A stretch of 64,000 nt of DNA, from the NCBI GenBank assembly GCA_015231175.1, contig JADGBZ010000003.1, forward strand, positions 26,463 through 90,462, written 5' to 3'. The stretch's first letter is position 1. The number at the start of each line of letters is the position of its first letter. Positions 1-10,152 of this stretch are shown here, in pieces. The notes beneath the pieces are model-generated. The model searched no databases, had not been told where the DNA came from, and worked only from the letters and a program-made list of their open reading frames with translations. This DNA comes from Magnetococcales bacterium. GTDB taxonomy: Bacteria > Pseudomonadota > Magnetococcia > Magnetococcales > DC0425bin3. The position numbers were made by a program, and so were the translations under genes.

Positions 1-1560
1 TTGCTGTACCAAAGCTTCGGATTGGCTGTCCAGGGCGCTCGTTGCTTCGTCCAGGACAAGCAATTCGGGTTGTCGGGCCAGGGCGCGCGCCAGGGCGATC
101 CGTTGTCGTTGGCCACCGGAAAGGCGCACCCCCTGGTCCCCGATGAGGGTATCGTACCCGGCGGGAAGTTGCTGAATGAACGTGTCAGCCTGGGCTTTGC
201 GAGCGCTTTCCTGAATGTTTTCCATGTCCTGCGGATTTTGTGAACCCCAGCCGATATTGGCGGCGATGGTGTCGTGAAGCAAGAAAGTTTGTTGGGACAC
301 ATAGCCGATGGCACGACGCCAATCGACAGGATCGTAGTTGGTCAACGGCTGCCCGTCCAGCAGAATGGTACCGCTGACGGGATGGAGGAGTCCCATGATC
401 AGATCCATCAACGTGCTCTTGCCACCTCCCGATCCCCCAACCAGGGCCACGGTGGCGCCACGCTGGATGTCGAGATCGATGTCGGACAGCACCGGTCTTC
501 CTGCTCCATAGGAAAAACAAACCTGCCGCAGTTGCATTCCTGACTGAATGCCTCGAAAAGCCACCCCCTGGCCAGGACGCCAGGAATCTTGATGTCTCCG
601 GGCATTTTCCAACACCCCCTCGACATTTTCCAATCCAGGAAGATTGGCCATGACGGCAAAATAGAGATGAATGAATTGCTGAAACCGTGGTATGAATCTG
701 TAGAATACAAAGAGCAGGATCAATATGCTTGGCAGGTCCATGCCGATCTGTGCAACGCCGATGTAAATGGCCAGGCAAAGCTGGCTGACCGTGACCAGTT
801 CAAAAACGGCCCGGTTCAAGGCGGGGAGGGATACAGTGCTGAACCAGGCGAGGGCGACCTTTTCCGAGGCCTGGTCGGCCTGCTGCACGGCCAGTTTTTC
901 CATGGCGCCAGCCTTGACAATCTTGGCATTGTCCATGTATTCGAGGATGATTCCTTTGTAATGTGTGTTCCGCAGCGTGATCTCCTCGCCAATATTCAGG
1001 CCACGCCGCAACAGGGATCGCATGAAAAATACGACGACTCCTCCCACGGTCAGCACGCCGATCGTCAGACGCCAGGAGACAAGACAGGCGACCCCGGCAT
1101 AAATGATAACTGTAATCATGTTGCTGATCAGCGGGGAGTAATAAAGCAGCATGTTGACAGCGCGTGTCACTTCATCGGTCAGGGTATTGGCCAGGTCACT
1201 CTTTTTGGCAGTCGTAAAAAACGGCCAATCCGCCGCGAAGATGGATTGAAAGAGCCGGTGACGAAGTTCTCCCAGAAAACGGGCGCACAACCATCCCGAC
1301 ATCCGTTCGCGAAAAAAAGTGGTTGCGACCTGCATGGCAAAGACGAACAGGAAAAATACCAGGCCCGATACCAGGGTCAGGGAGATGCCGGAGGCCTGAA
1401 AAAGCTTTAAAAAAATGCCGCTGATCCCCTGGACTTCCACAGGCTTGGCCATGGCCAGATCAAGGATCGGAACCAGAAGGGCAACCCCAAAACCCTCCAA
1501 AAATCCACCTATGACCATAACCCCGATCAAACCGGGCAGATGCCACGGATAATATTTCAT
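1..1560 (-). CDS. ABC transporter, fused permease + ATP-binding protein (exporter type); 3' end runs off the window start
   Basis: My own minus-strand translation from the ATG at 1560 (MKYYPWHLPGLIG...) stays open to position 1 (520 codons). The N-terminal half is hydrophobic. Walker A GGSGGGKST, ABC signature LSGGQRQRIALARA, Walker B LLVLDEATSALD. Absent from the supplied ORF track because there is no stop inside the window. Confidence 0.85.
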   Translation of the reverse strand, partial: MKYYPWHLPGLIGVMVIGGFLEGFGVALLVPILDLAMAKPVEVQGISGIFLKLFQASGISLTLVSGLVFFLFVFAMQVATTFFRERMSGWLCARFLGELRHRLFQSIFAADWPFFTTAKKSDLANTLTDEVTRAVNMLLYYSPLISNMITVIIYAGVACLVSWRLTIGVLTVGGVVVFFMRSLLRRGLNIGEEITLRNTHYKGIILEYMDNAKIVKAGAMEKLAVQQADQASEKVALAWFSTVSLPALNRAVFELVTVSQLCLAIYIGVAQIGMDLPSILILLFVFYRFIPRFQQFIHLYFAVMANLPGLENVEGVLENARRHQDSWRPGQGVAFRGIQSGMQLRQVCFSYGAGRPVLSDIDLDIQRGATVALVGGSGGGKSTLMDLIMGLLHPVSGTILLDGQPLTNYDPVDWRRAIGYVSQQTFLLHDTIAANIGWGSQNPQDMENIQESARKAQADTFIQQLPAGYDTLIGDQGVRLSGGQRQRIALARALARQPELLVLDEATSALDSQSEALVQQ

Positions 1561-1887
1561 CAGGCGCCGGGTGACCCGATAGATTCCCAAAAACCTGACA
1601 TGGGCCAGAGATGGGGAGATGGTCAAGACGAATTCCTTTGGCAACAAGCTCCAGAGCGTTGTCGGGTTCCGCAGAGTGCAGAAATGGCTCACTATAGTGG
1701 CCGTGGTGCAGTTATGCCACAACAAATTTTTTTTTGGTTCTCGCAATCATCCCGGTCTGGCAATCGTTTTTTTGGGTTCTTTTTTTTCGATCACTCGGGC
1801 TACCATGGGACCGGGGTGGATTTTCCTCCCTGTTGACGCCTTCCGGAGCCATGCCTCCTGGATGACGTTCCGGCCCTTGTCGAAAGC

Positions 1888-4800
1888 ATGTCCATGAACT
1901 TTTTTTTACCATTGTCCCTGCGGGCCACCTTTTTCTTTCATCTGCCATGGGCTTCATGTCTGGTGGCCCTGGCCGTTCGGCAGGAAAATCTCTCCTGGTG
2001 GGAGCTCCTGACATTTTTCCTGTTCGTCTCCTTGTTGGCCCTGGGATCCGGTTTCTTGTTCCACAGCTACATTTCCCGGCGTGTTGCACGCCTGACGGAT
2101 GCAGCGACCAAACTGGCTGCGGGTCATCTGGATACCCGGGTTCACCTGGACGGGAGTGACGAGTTCACACGCCTGGCCGATGTTTTTAACCATTCGGCAG
2201 AGGCGATGCAGGACGCCCACCGACTTCTGGAGAGTCAGGGTGAGGAGAGAATTCGAGCATTGGAGGTATCTTGCCGCACCCTGCGCCAGATACTCGACGC
2301 CATGCCCACCGGGATTTTCTGGAAAGATGCGTTTGGGCGCTACCTCGGTTGCAACCCATGTTTCGCGCAGGAGAACGGACTGGAAGATTCCCAGGCCATT
2401 TTCGGTCTCAGTGACATGGATCTGCCCTGGCATGAGGAGGCCCCGCGATACCGGCTTGATGACCTCGCCATTCTGGAACGGAGAGAGTCAAAACTGGTCA
2501 GCGAAGTCAAAATAACTTCTTCCAACCTTGGAGAACGATGGTTCCAAATCAGCAGAGCGCCCATGTTGGATGCGGAGAATCGTGTCGTCGGCGTCCTGGG
2601 TCTGCACGTGGATATCACCCATGTCAAAAAAACCGAACAGGCCCTCGTGGAGGCGAATCGAAAGAATGACGAAGCAATCCTGAAAAACACCCTGGAAGCC
2701 ATCGACGAAGGGGTTTGGGATTGGGATATCACCAGTGGAACCGTCTATTTCAGCCCACGCTGGGCGCGTATGTTCGGTTTTGAACCTCACGAAATCCATT
2801 CCAGTCTGGCAACCTGGCAAAACCTGCTCCACCCTGAGGATCTGACCCGGTTCGAGAAGGCAGTCAGGGACCATTTTCAAGGACATGCCGACCATTTTTC
2901 CCTGGAACATCGCATGCGGCACCGCGATGGCCGTTGGATGTGGATTCTGGACCGGGGCCGGGTCATCGAACGCGATGCGCATGGTTCTCCGGTGCGCATG
3001 GTTGGCGCAAACCTGGATATCACCCCGCGCAAAATCATGGAAGATCGTCTGTTGCAGGCCAAACAGGAGGCGGAAAGAGCCAATCGGGCCAAATCGGAAT
3101 TTCTGGCCAATATGAGCCATGAAATCCGGACTCCGCTGAACGCCATCATCAATCTCAGTTACTTGGTGTCCCAGGGCGAGTTGCCCCCCGTGCAACGGGA
3201 TTATCTCAAACGGGTCCAGGAGGCAGGACGCTCTTTGCTGGGGATACTCAACGATATCCTGGATCTTTCCAAGATCGATGCTGGCCAGATGACGTTGGAC
3301 CTTGTTCCATTCCAGATGGACGACGTTTTGTCACACCTTGCCGCCACAATCAACTCGGCCAATACCCAAGGTCTGGAGGTTGTGTTCCGGGTCCACCCTG
3401 CCACGCCTGCCGAACTGCTTGGCGACCCGCAACGCCTGGGGCAGGTGCTGGCGAATCTGGTGGGAAACGCCCTGAAATTTACCAAGAAAGGCCATATTCT
3501 CATCACCATCGAACCATGCCAGCGCAACAAGGAGCGCATGGCTTTGCGTTTTGCCATTACCGACACCGGCATTGGCATTCCGGACGAGGGCCGGGCATGG
3601 ATTTTCGATTCCTTCAGCCAGGGGGACAACTCACGCAGCCGACGTTATGGTGGTGCGGGACTTGGCTTGGGCATTTGTGAGAGACTGGTGCGTATGATGG
3701 GGGGAGATATTCAACTGGAGAGCCACCCCGGCCATGGCAGCACGTTCCAATTCACCGCCTGGTTCGGCCTTTCTGATGCTACGTCCTGCCCGGTTGACAA
3801 ATCACGACTCGCATCCCTGCGCCACCGGAGAGTTCTGGTCATCGAGGAGAGTGCCTTGGTGGGGGAAACCATCAAGGAATTGTTGAATTTTCATGGCATG
3901 GAGACGACGCTCATGACCACCGGTTCCCATCTCTGGGACGGATTGGAATCTGCTGAAAATATGGGAATCCCCCCCCCTTTTTCCTTTCTCGTTCTGGATA
4001 TGGATGCCTCCCATACCGATGGCTTTGCAACCGTGCGACGCATTCGTGAAATTCCAACCCAAAAGGATGTGCCCGTTTTGTTCATGGTCTCTACCCGAAA
4101 TCGGGACAAGGTCCAAAAAATTTTGGATCACCAGGAGGCCTGCGGCTTGGTGTTCAAGCCGGTCATCGCCTCCAACCTGCTGAACAGCATGGCCGATCTT
4201 TTTGAACTCAGTCATACTTTTTCAACCCAACACTCTGCGGCCCATACTTTCCTGGAGAGCAACGACTGGTATCTGCCAGGAGTTGACATGCAGGCCGGGT
4301 TGCATCTGGCGGATGGGGATGTCAGTCTGTTCCGTCGGCTCTTGCTGGAATTTCGCGAGCGCCATGTTGCGTTCATTGACATTCTCCACCAGGCTTGGGA
4401 AGGGAAGGCTATCGATCAGGTTCGTCAACATGTCCAACTGGTCAAAACCATGGCCGGTCACATCGGCGCATCTCCCCTCCAACATGCCGTGGATGCTTTC
4501 CTGGTGAGTCTGGACCAGCCTGAACAAGGTCAGCGGGAACTGGCCATGGCCGTCCTTGAAGCCCGATTCCAGGAACTTATGACCGGTTTGCGTGCTGGCT
4601 TTTCTCCCTTGGCGAACGAATCCCTGTTCCTGGATAATCACCAGACCCATATGTTGTCACTCGATATCAGGCGTGCTGGCGAGCTGGTCGAGGCGTTGTT
4701 GACCAGCCTCGATCTGGACGTAGCCAAATCCCATACGCTTTCCGAGGAGCTCGTAAGCCTGTTCAGGGGAACAAAATTTGAAAAATCCGGGCATCAGATC

Positions 4801-4908
4801 CACATCGAACTTTCCCAATTTGAAACGGATGCTGCACGGTTATTGCTTCAGGATGTCGTCTGTCGCTTGAAAAACTCAGAGCAGGGTGTCAACCATTCAC
4901 ATGGATAA
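1888..4908 (+). CDS. hybrid sensor histidine kinase (TM-HAMP-PAS-PAS-HisKA-HATPase-REC-Hpt)
   Basis: 1006-aa ORF. H-box SHEIRTPLNAI. ATPase boxes NLVGNALKFT, DTGIGIP, GGAGLGLGI. PAS-like segments (WDWDITSGTVYFSPRW...HPEDL). Receiver VLVIEES...LVLDMD. C-terminal Hpt-like MAGHIGAS. Confidence 0.9.
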   Translation: MSMNFFLPLSLRATFFFHLPWASCLVALAVRQENLSWWELLTFFLFVSLLALGSGFLFHSYISRRVARLTDAATKLAAGHLDTRVHLDGSDEFTRLADVFNHSAEAMQDAHRLLESQGEERIRALEVSCRTLRQILDAMPTGIFWKDAFGRYLGCNPCFAQENGLEDSQAIFGLSDMDLPWHEEAPRYRLDDLAILERRESKLVSEVKITSSNLGERWFQISRAPMLDAENRVVGVLGLHVDITHVKKTEQALVEANRKNDEAILKNTLEAIDEGVWDWDITSGTVYFSPRWARMFGFEPHEIHSSLATWQNLLHPEDLTRFEKAVRDHFQGHADHFSLEHRMRHRDGRWMWILDRGRVIERDAHGSPVRMVGANLDITPRKIMEDRLLQAKQEAERANRAKSEFLANMSHEIRTPLNAIINLSYLVSQGELPPVQRDYLKRVQEAGRSLLGILNDILDLSKIDAGQMTLDLVPFQMDDVLSHLAATINSANTQGLEVVFRVHPATPAELLGDPQRLGQVLANLVGNALKFTKKGHILITIEPCQRNKERMALRFAITDTGIGIPDEGRAWIFDSFSQGDNSRSRRYGGAGLGLGICERLVRMMGGDIQLESHPGHGSTFQFTAWFGLSDATSCPVDKSRLASLRHRRVLVIEESALVGETIKELLNFHGMETTLMTTGSHLWDGLESAENMGIPPPFSFLVLDMDASHTDGFATVRRIREIPTQKDVPVLFMVSTRNRDKVQKILDHQEACGLVFKPVIASNLLNSMADLFELSHTFSTQHSAAHTFLESNDWYLPGVDMQAGLHLADGDVSLFRRLLLEFRERHVAFIDILHQAWEGKAIDQVRQHVQLVKTMAGHIGASPLQHAVDAFLVSLDQPEQGQRELAMAVLEARFQELMTGLRAGFSPLANESLFLDNHQTHMLSLDIRRAGELVEALLTSLDLDVAKSHTLSEELVSLFRGTKFEKSGHQIHIELSQFETDAARLLLQDVVCRLKNSEQGVNHSHG

Positions 4909-6046
4909 CTCCATTCGTCCGGAAAAACCCAGAATTCTTGTTGTTGATGATGTGGTGGACAACCTGCGCATCCTGACCATCCTGTTGCAGGGCGATTATG
5001 TCGTCATGGCCGCCAAGAGTGGGCAAAAAGCCCTGGAGTTGGCCCATGCTCATCCCAAACCGGATCTCATCCTGTTGGATGTCATGATGCCCGAGATGGA
5101 CGGATTCGAGGTGTGCCGGCGCCTGAAGGAAGATGCATTGACCTGGGATATCCCCGTCATCTTCGTCACCGCCCTGGATGAAGAAAAGGATGAGGCCTAC
5201 GGCTTCAAGGTGGGCGGGGTTGACTATATCTCCAAACCCTATCGTCCCCCCATTATCCGGGCGCGTGTGCAAACCCATATCTCCCTGCAATCCGCTGTGA
5301 CCAAGTTGCGTACTCAAAAGGAACTGCTCTCGATTGAACGCAGCATGGTCGAAAACATCATCCTCAGGATGCGGAGTTCCCTCGCTCCGGCCAGTGACCC
5401 CCATATCCGCACCTTGGAAACGCCCGTGGAGAAAACCACGGGTGATATTCTGCTGGCCGAACGCCGCCATGATGGCGTTTTACACGTCTTCCTCGGCGAT
5501 TTCACCGGACATGGCCTTTCGGCTGCTGTCGGTGGCCCCATGGTGGTGGATATCTTTCACGCCATGACAATCAAAAATTTTTCCATGGAGGAGATTCTCC
5601 AGGAAATCAACAAAAAACTTTATAAAAAACTTCCCCATAATCTTTTTCTTGCTGCCATATTTATTGAACTTACACATGATTTTCGGCAGATTCGCGTCTG
5701 GAATGGCGGGATGCCATCTCTGCTGATTTTTCGACAAGATTTTGCAGTCGAAGAGATTCCACCCAAATACTTTCCCTTGGGTATCTTGCCTGAAGTTGAG
5801 ACGTCGAATGTCATTCAATCGGCAACCCTTCTTCCGCAAGAGCGTATTGTTGCATTTTCTGACGGTATCATCGAGATGATGGACGCTGACAGCCAGATGT
5901 TTGGGTCGCAGCGTCTGATTGATGTTTTGCGGCAAATTTTTAGAAACACGGAACCTTTGTCGATCCTGGAAGATCATCTAAAAAATTTTCGTAAAGACAC
6001 ACCACAAATGGATGACATTACCATGGTCGAACTGAGTTCCTTTTGA
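4886..6046 (+). CDS. response regulator with SpoIIE/PP2C-type phosphatase output (RsbU-like)
   Basis: Receiver ILVVDDV...LILLDVMMPEMDGFEV...KP, then a PP2C/SpoIIE-like GDFTGHGLSAAVGG and C-terminal DDITMV. The start overlaps the upstream kinase stop by 23 nt. Confidence 0.85.
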   Translation: MSTIHMDNSIRPEKPRILVVDDVVDNLRILTILLQGDYVVMAAKSGQKALELAHAHPKPDLILLDVMMPEMDGFEVCRRLKEDALTWDIPVIFVTALDEEKDEAYGFKVGGVDYISKPYRPPIIRARVQTHISLQSAVTKLRTQKELLSIERSMVENIILRMRSSLAPASDPHIRTLETPVEKTTGDILLAERRHDGVLHVFLGDFTGHGLSAAVGGPMVVDIFHAMTIKNFSMEEILQEINKKLYKKLPHNLFLAAIFIELTHDFRQIRVWNGGMPSLLIFRQDFAVEEIPPKYFPLGILPEVETSNVIQSATLLPQERIVAFSDGIIEMMDADSQMFGSQRLIDVLRQIFRNTEPLSILEDHLKNFRKDTPQMDDITMVELSSF

Positions 6047-6152
6047 CGGTTTATCAAGATGGATTCTGGCAACCAGACGTCCATCATTCTTATGACGGAC
6101 CTTGTTCGTGTGTTCGATAAAAAATATAACATGACTTTACTGAGGGATCCTT

Positions 6153-7373
6153 ATGGGAAGCGCTGGATGTTCCGCCATGGAGTGCGATACAGCCATCCGT
6201 TCTGAAAAGCAGGCCATTCTGGTCGTTGATGATGTTCCCGCCAACATCAAGACGTTGATCTCCATTCTTTCGGGTGATTATAAAATTCTTGTGGCCACCA
6301 GCGGACCCTCCGCTTTGGAAACAGCATCAAGCAAGCCGATTGACCTGATTCTTTTGGATATTCTCATGCCTGGAATGGATGGTTTTGAAGTGTGTCGCAG
6401 GCTGAAGGCCGACGCAGCGACCCGTTCGATTCCCGTCGTTTTCATCACCGGTTTGGAAGAACCGGAGAGCGAAAAGATGGGTTTGGAGATCGGCGCGGTG
6501 GATTACGTCACCAAACCCTTCAATGCCGCCGTGGTGAAGGCCAGGGTTGGTAATCACCTCTATCTCCAAGCTACCTTGCGGCAACTCGCTCGACAAAATC
6601 AGGCCCTTTCCGAGGCGGAAAAAATACGTGGCCAAGTCGAGCAGATCACCCGGCACGATATGAAATCACCCTTGAACGGCATCATCGGCTTTACGGAACT
6701 CCTCCTGGCAGCCGACGATATCGCTGCGGAGCACAAGGAATCCCTTCTGATTATCCGGCAGGACGCCTACAGGGCGCTCCATATGATCAACCTCTCCCTG
6801 GGGCTTTATCGCATGGAGCAGGGAACCTATCACCTGACGCCCAAGGAGGTGGACTTGATTGCCACCATGAAAAACGTTCGCCAGGATTTGGATACCCTTT
6901 TCTGTACCTTCCGGGTCACGAGCGTCGTGCTTCTCAACACCTTCCCCGTTGGGGAGAACGACCGTTTTTTGGTCATGGGCGAGGAGATGCTCTGTTACTC
7001 GGTGCTGGCCAATCTGGTCAGGAATGCGGTGGAAGCCTCTCCGATGGGAGGGTCGGTCACCCTCTCCATGTGGGAGGAGGAGAGCATGAACGTCGTCTCC
7101 ATCCACAATCGTGGGGGGGTGCCGGAGGCGATTCGCGACCGGTTTTTTGACCGGGGGGTGACCCATGGGAAAAAATCTGGAACCGGTCTGGGAACCTATT
7201 CGGCCAAGCTGATCGTTGAAGCCCAGGGAGGCAACATTCTCCTGGCGCCGGCCACCGGTCTGGATGAATCAACGATTCAAATCCGTCTTCCTCGGGCATC
7301 ATCTGCCCAGAAATGCGCGCCCCATGGACCCGACCTTATGATGACTACCGATCCATGCGGAGTGCACCCATGA
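6153..7373 (+). CDS. receiver-histidine kinase fusion (REC-HisKA-HATPase)
   Basis: Receiver ILVVDDVPAN...LILLDILMPGMDGFEV. H-box-like ITRHDMKSPLNGI. ATPase boxes NLVRNAVEAS, GTGLGTYSAK. Confidence 0.8.
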   Translation: MGSAGCSAMECDTAIRSEKQAILVVDDVPANIKTLISILSGDYKILVATSGPSALETASSKPIDLILLDILMPGMDGFEVCRRLKADAATRSIPVVFITGLEEPESEKMGLEIGAVDYVTKPFNAAVVKARVGNHLYLQATLRQLARQNQALSEAEKIRGQVEQITRHDMKSPLNGIIGFTELLLAADDIAAEHKESLLIIRQDAYRALHMINLSLGLYRMEQGTYHLTPKEVDLIATMKNVRQDLDTLFCTFRVTSVVLLNTFPVGENDRFLVMGEEMLCYSVLANLVRNAVEASPMGGSVTLSMWEEESMNVVSIHNRGGVPEAIRDRFFDRGVTHGKKSGTGLGTYSAKLIVEAQGGNILLAPATGLDESTIQIRLPRASSAQKCAPHGPDLMMTTDPCGVHP

Positions 7374-7401
7374 CCGCTCGGCTTTATGGAACCACAGGAG
7401 A

Positions 7402-10152
7402 ATGCAAGTGGGGTATCTGAAAAAAATTCGGGTCAGTACCGGCATTGATTGGGTGGAAGCACCTGAAGCGGACATGCGTATCTTGTGTGGGTGCCCGGCT
7501 GACAGTATCAAGCACCTGATGAGGAGAGGTCTGATCCTTTCCGCAGAGAAAAATGGCGTTACCTTTGAGACCGGCCCCAACGCCATCCTGCTGGCAGACA
7601 GCCTGGTGCAAAACGGTGATTTTGCCAATCTGGCCGAATTTCCCGTCCTCCAGATGCTTTATCGGCAGGGTATCATCATACCCGGTCACCCCAACAATTC
7701 GGGCGTCAAACCCTTGCTGATCGGCCTCAGGGAACAGGTCAGCGCCCAGATGCAATACATTTATCGGGGCAGTTATGGTCTGGTGACCGAACAGGAGATG
7801 CTGACCGCCGGGGCCACTCCCGCCATCGCCCGGGAGATGCTGGCCCTGAAGATGAAATTTGCCTATGGCAAAATTCGCTCTCCCAAGGAATTTTTGGATA
7901 TCTGCACCGTTGGCAACCATCCGGTGGAGATTCGCAATGGTCTGTTTATCCGCCGCTTAAGGGTTAATCTATACGAGTTCAGTTACCGGGATGAAACGGT
8001 TGCCGTGGATCTGCAACTGCCCCCACAGGTGTATTACGAGTCACCTTATCCATTGAATTTCCACAGAATTTCCCGTGATTACTTTTCAATTATTCACTCC
8101 GGCGAGGGGGATGGATGGGATATCAATCGGCCCAGCATGGGGAGTGTCATCGTTTTCCAGGGCAGGATCTATCTCATCGATGCCGGTCCCAACATTCAAA
8201 ACACCCTTTTGGCACTTGGCATCGGTATCAACGAGGTGGACGGCATTTTTCACACCCACTCTCACGATGACCACATGGCCGGTCTGACAAGTTTGTTGCG
8301 GGCCGATCACCGTATTAAATATTACGCGACACCATTGGTTCGGAGGTCGGTCACCCTGAAGCTTTCTGCACTGGTGGGCATGGATCCCGCACGCTTCACG
8401 GATTTTTTCGCCGTACACGATTTGGAGGCCGGGAGATGGAACCAGGTGGACGGACTGGAGGTCCAGCCCATCTACTCTCCGCACCCTGTCGAGACCACTG
8501 TATTTTATTTTCGCACCCCATGGGAAAACAGCTTCCGTTCGTTTGCCCACCTGGCCGACACCATTTCCCTGCAACTTTTGCAGGAGATGACCACGCCGGA
8601 ACCGGAAACCGTCGTCGCGCAGGATGACCCCCTGGGTCCAGCTCTTCTGGAACGTGTGCGGCGGGACTATGCCTTGCCGGTGGATATCAAGAAATTGGAC
8701 ATTGGCCGGGGCATGATTCATGGCGTTGCTGAAGATTTTCGCGATGATACCTCCGGAAAGCTGATCCTTGCCCATACAGCCCTGCCTCTTTCAGACGACG
8801 AAAAAGAGATTGGTTCCGGCGCCCCTTTTGGAACCGTAGACCTTTTGATTCCGGCTTATCAGGATTACTGGGGGGCCTTTGCTTCAGGTTTCTTGCGCTC
8901 CTACTTTCCTGCCGTACCCATGCACCAACTGGCCATACTGTTGAACAACCCTCGTGTGGAGTTCAATCCGCAAACCATTATTCTCAAAGCCAGACAGATT
9001 CCGGAAAATCTGTATCTCATCCTTTCCGGTACGGTCGAAACCATCCAATCCGAGCATGGGGCGCATGGCCTGCTTTATGCCGGTACTCTGGTTGGGGAGA
9101 TACCCGGTTTCTTTCAGATACCATCCGCACATACGTTCCGGACGGCCAGTTTTGTGCAAGCCTTGCGTATCCCTGTGCCTCTGCACGCACAATTCATCAA
9201 CAACAACGCCCTGGACCAGGAAATTGCCCAGTTGATGAACATTCGTGAACCTTTAAAAGAGGCTTGGCTCTTCAGTACGGGTATTTCAGATCCGGTTTGC
9301 AATCAGATCGCCAAGGATACCACTACCCGGACCTTGAAGGCGGGTACAGCCATGGAGAACGTCGGAGCGCAACATATTTATGTTATCGCCCAGGGACGCC
9401 TGGAACGGCGGCTGGGACTCGATGTCATGGAGGTTCTTGAATGTGGCGATTTCTTTAATGAAGAGACAGCCGTTTACGAAACGCCGGCCATCTTTCACTT
9501 CTGGTCTGAAAAATCTGTCACTCTCTACGAGATACCGTGGGAATCCCTGCGGCATGTACCCATCATCCAATGGAAAGTGTTCGAAACCCACGAAAAACGA
9601 AAAGAGCTGTTTTTGAACGCCAGGCAGGGGGGCGATATTGAATTTCAGTGGTACGAGGAGTACAACGTGGACGTGCGCGATCTCGATATCCATCATCAGC
9701 AGCTGTTTCAAATGGGTGCCAAACTCTATGCTGGATTAAAGAGTGCGGAGCCCCCCGCCGTGCTGCAAGAGGTCGCAGGCTTTTTAAAGGATTATTCAGA
9801 GTTTCATTTCAGGTCGGAGGAGAGGATCTTGTTTCAGATAGGGTACCCGGAGGCCAGAAAACACCAGGAGTCCCACAACAAACTGGTCCTGGACCTGGAT
9901 CACATGCTGGAGGCCATGACCAGGGACGCATGGAAAAACAGCGACGATTTTATCAAGTTTTTCCGGAACTGGCTCGTGGAGCATATCCTGATCGAGGACC
10001 GTCAATATGCCGATTTCATTGCTCACACCACGCTTCGACCCGACCAGGTGGTCATGCCAACCGCTATGCCTCCGCCTGAGCATTCATATCCGCTTTCGCC
10101 AATTGCTCCAGGATCGCCTGCGCAATACGATCCGGCTGGAATTTTGGAATGA
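7402..10152 (+). CDS. multidomain protein: N-terminal unknown region + metallo-beta-lactamase fold + two cNMP-binding domains + hemerythrin-like domain
   Basis: 916 aa. MBL motif HTHSHDDHMAG. Two CAP-effector-like segments (LYLILSGTVE...GTLVGEIPGF and IYVIAQGRLE...CGDFFNEE). C-terminal hemerythrin pattern (DIHHQQLF...HFRSEERIL...HQESHNKL...WLVEHILIEDRQY). Confidence 0.75.
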   Translation: MQVGYLKKIRVSTGIDWVEAPEADMRILCGCPADSIKHLMRRGLILSAEKNGVTFETGPNAILLADSLVQNGDFANLAEFPVLQMLYRQGIIIPGHPNNSGVKPLLIGLREQVSAQMQYIYRGSYGLVTEQEMLTAGATPAIAREMLALKMKFAYGKIRSPKEFLDICTVGNHPVEIRNGLFIRRLRVNLYEFSYRDETVAVDLQLPPQVYYESPYPLNFHRISRDYFSIIHSGEGDGWDINRPSMGSVIVFQGRIYLIDAGPNIQNTLLALGIGINEVDGIFHTHSHDDHMAGLTSLLRADHRIKYYATPLVRRSVTLKLSALVGMDPARFTDFFAVHDLEAGRWNQVDGLEVQPIYSPHPVETTVFYFRTPWENSFRSFAHLADTISLQLLQEMTTPEPETVVAQDDPLGPALLERVRRDYALPVDIKKLDIGRGMIHGVAEDFRDDTSGKLILAHTALPLSDDEKEIGSGAPFGTVDLLIPAYQDYWGAFASGFLRSYFPAVPMHQLAILLNNPRVEFNPQTIILKARQIPENLYLILSGTVETIQSEHGAHGLLYAGTLVGEIPGFFQIPSAHTFRTASFVQALRIPVPLHAQFINNNALDQEIAQLMNIREPLKEAWLFSTGISDPVCNQIAKDTTTRTLKAGTAMENVGAQHIYVIAQGRLERRLGLDVMEVLECGDFFNEETAVYETPAIFHFWSEKSVTLYEIPWESLRHVPIIQWKVFETHEKRKELFLNARQGGDIEFQWYEEYNVDVRDLDIHHQQLFQMGAKLYAGLKSAEPPAVLQEVAGFLKDYSEFHFRSEERILFQIGYPEARKHQESHNKLVLDLDHMLEAMTRDAWKNSDDFIKFFRNWLVEHILIEDRQYADFIAHTTLRPDQVVMPTAMPPPEHSYPLSPIAPGSPAQYDPAGILE

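Noticed and set aside
589-1410. 273-aa plus-strand ORF and other track ORFs within 185-1836
   Set aside because: They are antisense or out-of-frame relative to the minus-strand ABC exporter, whose Walker A, signature and Walker B motifs are unambiguous.
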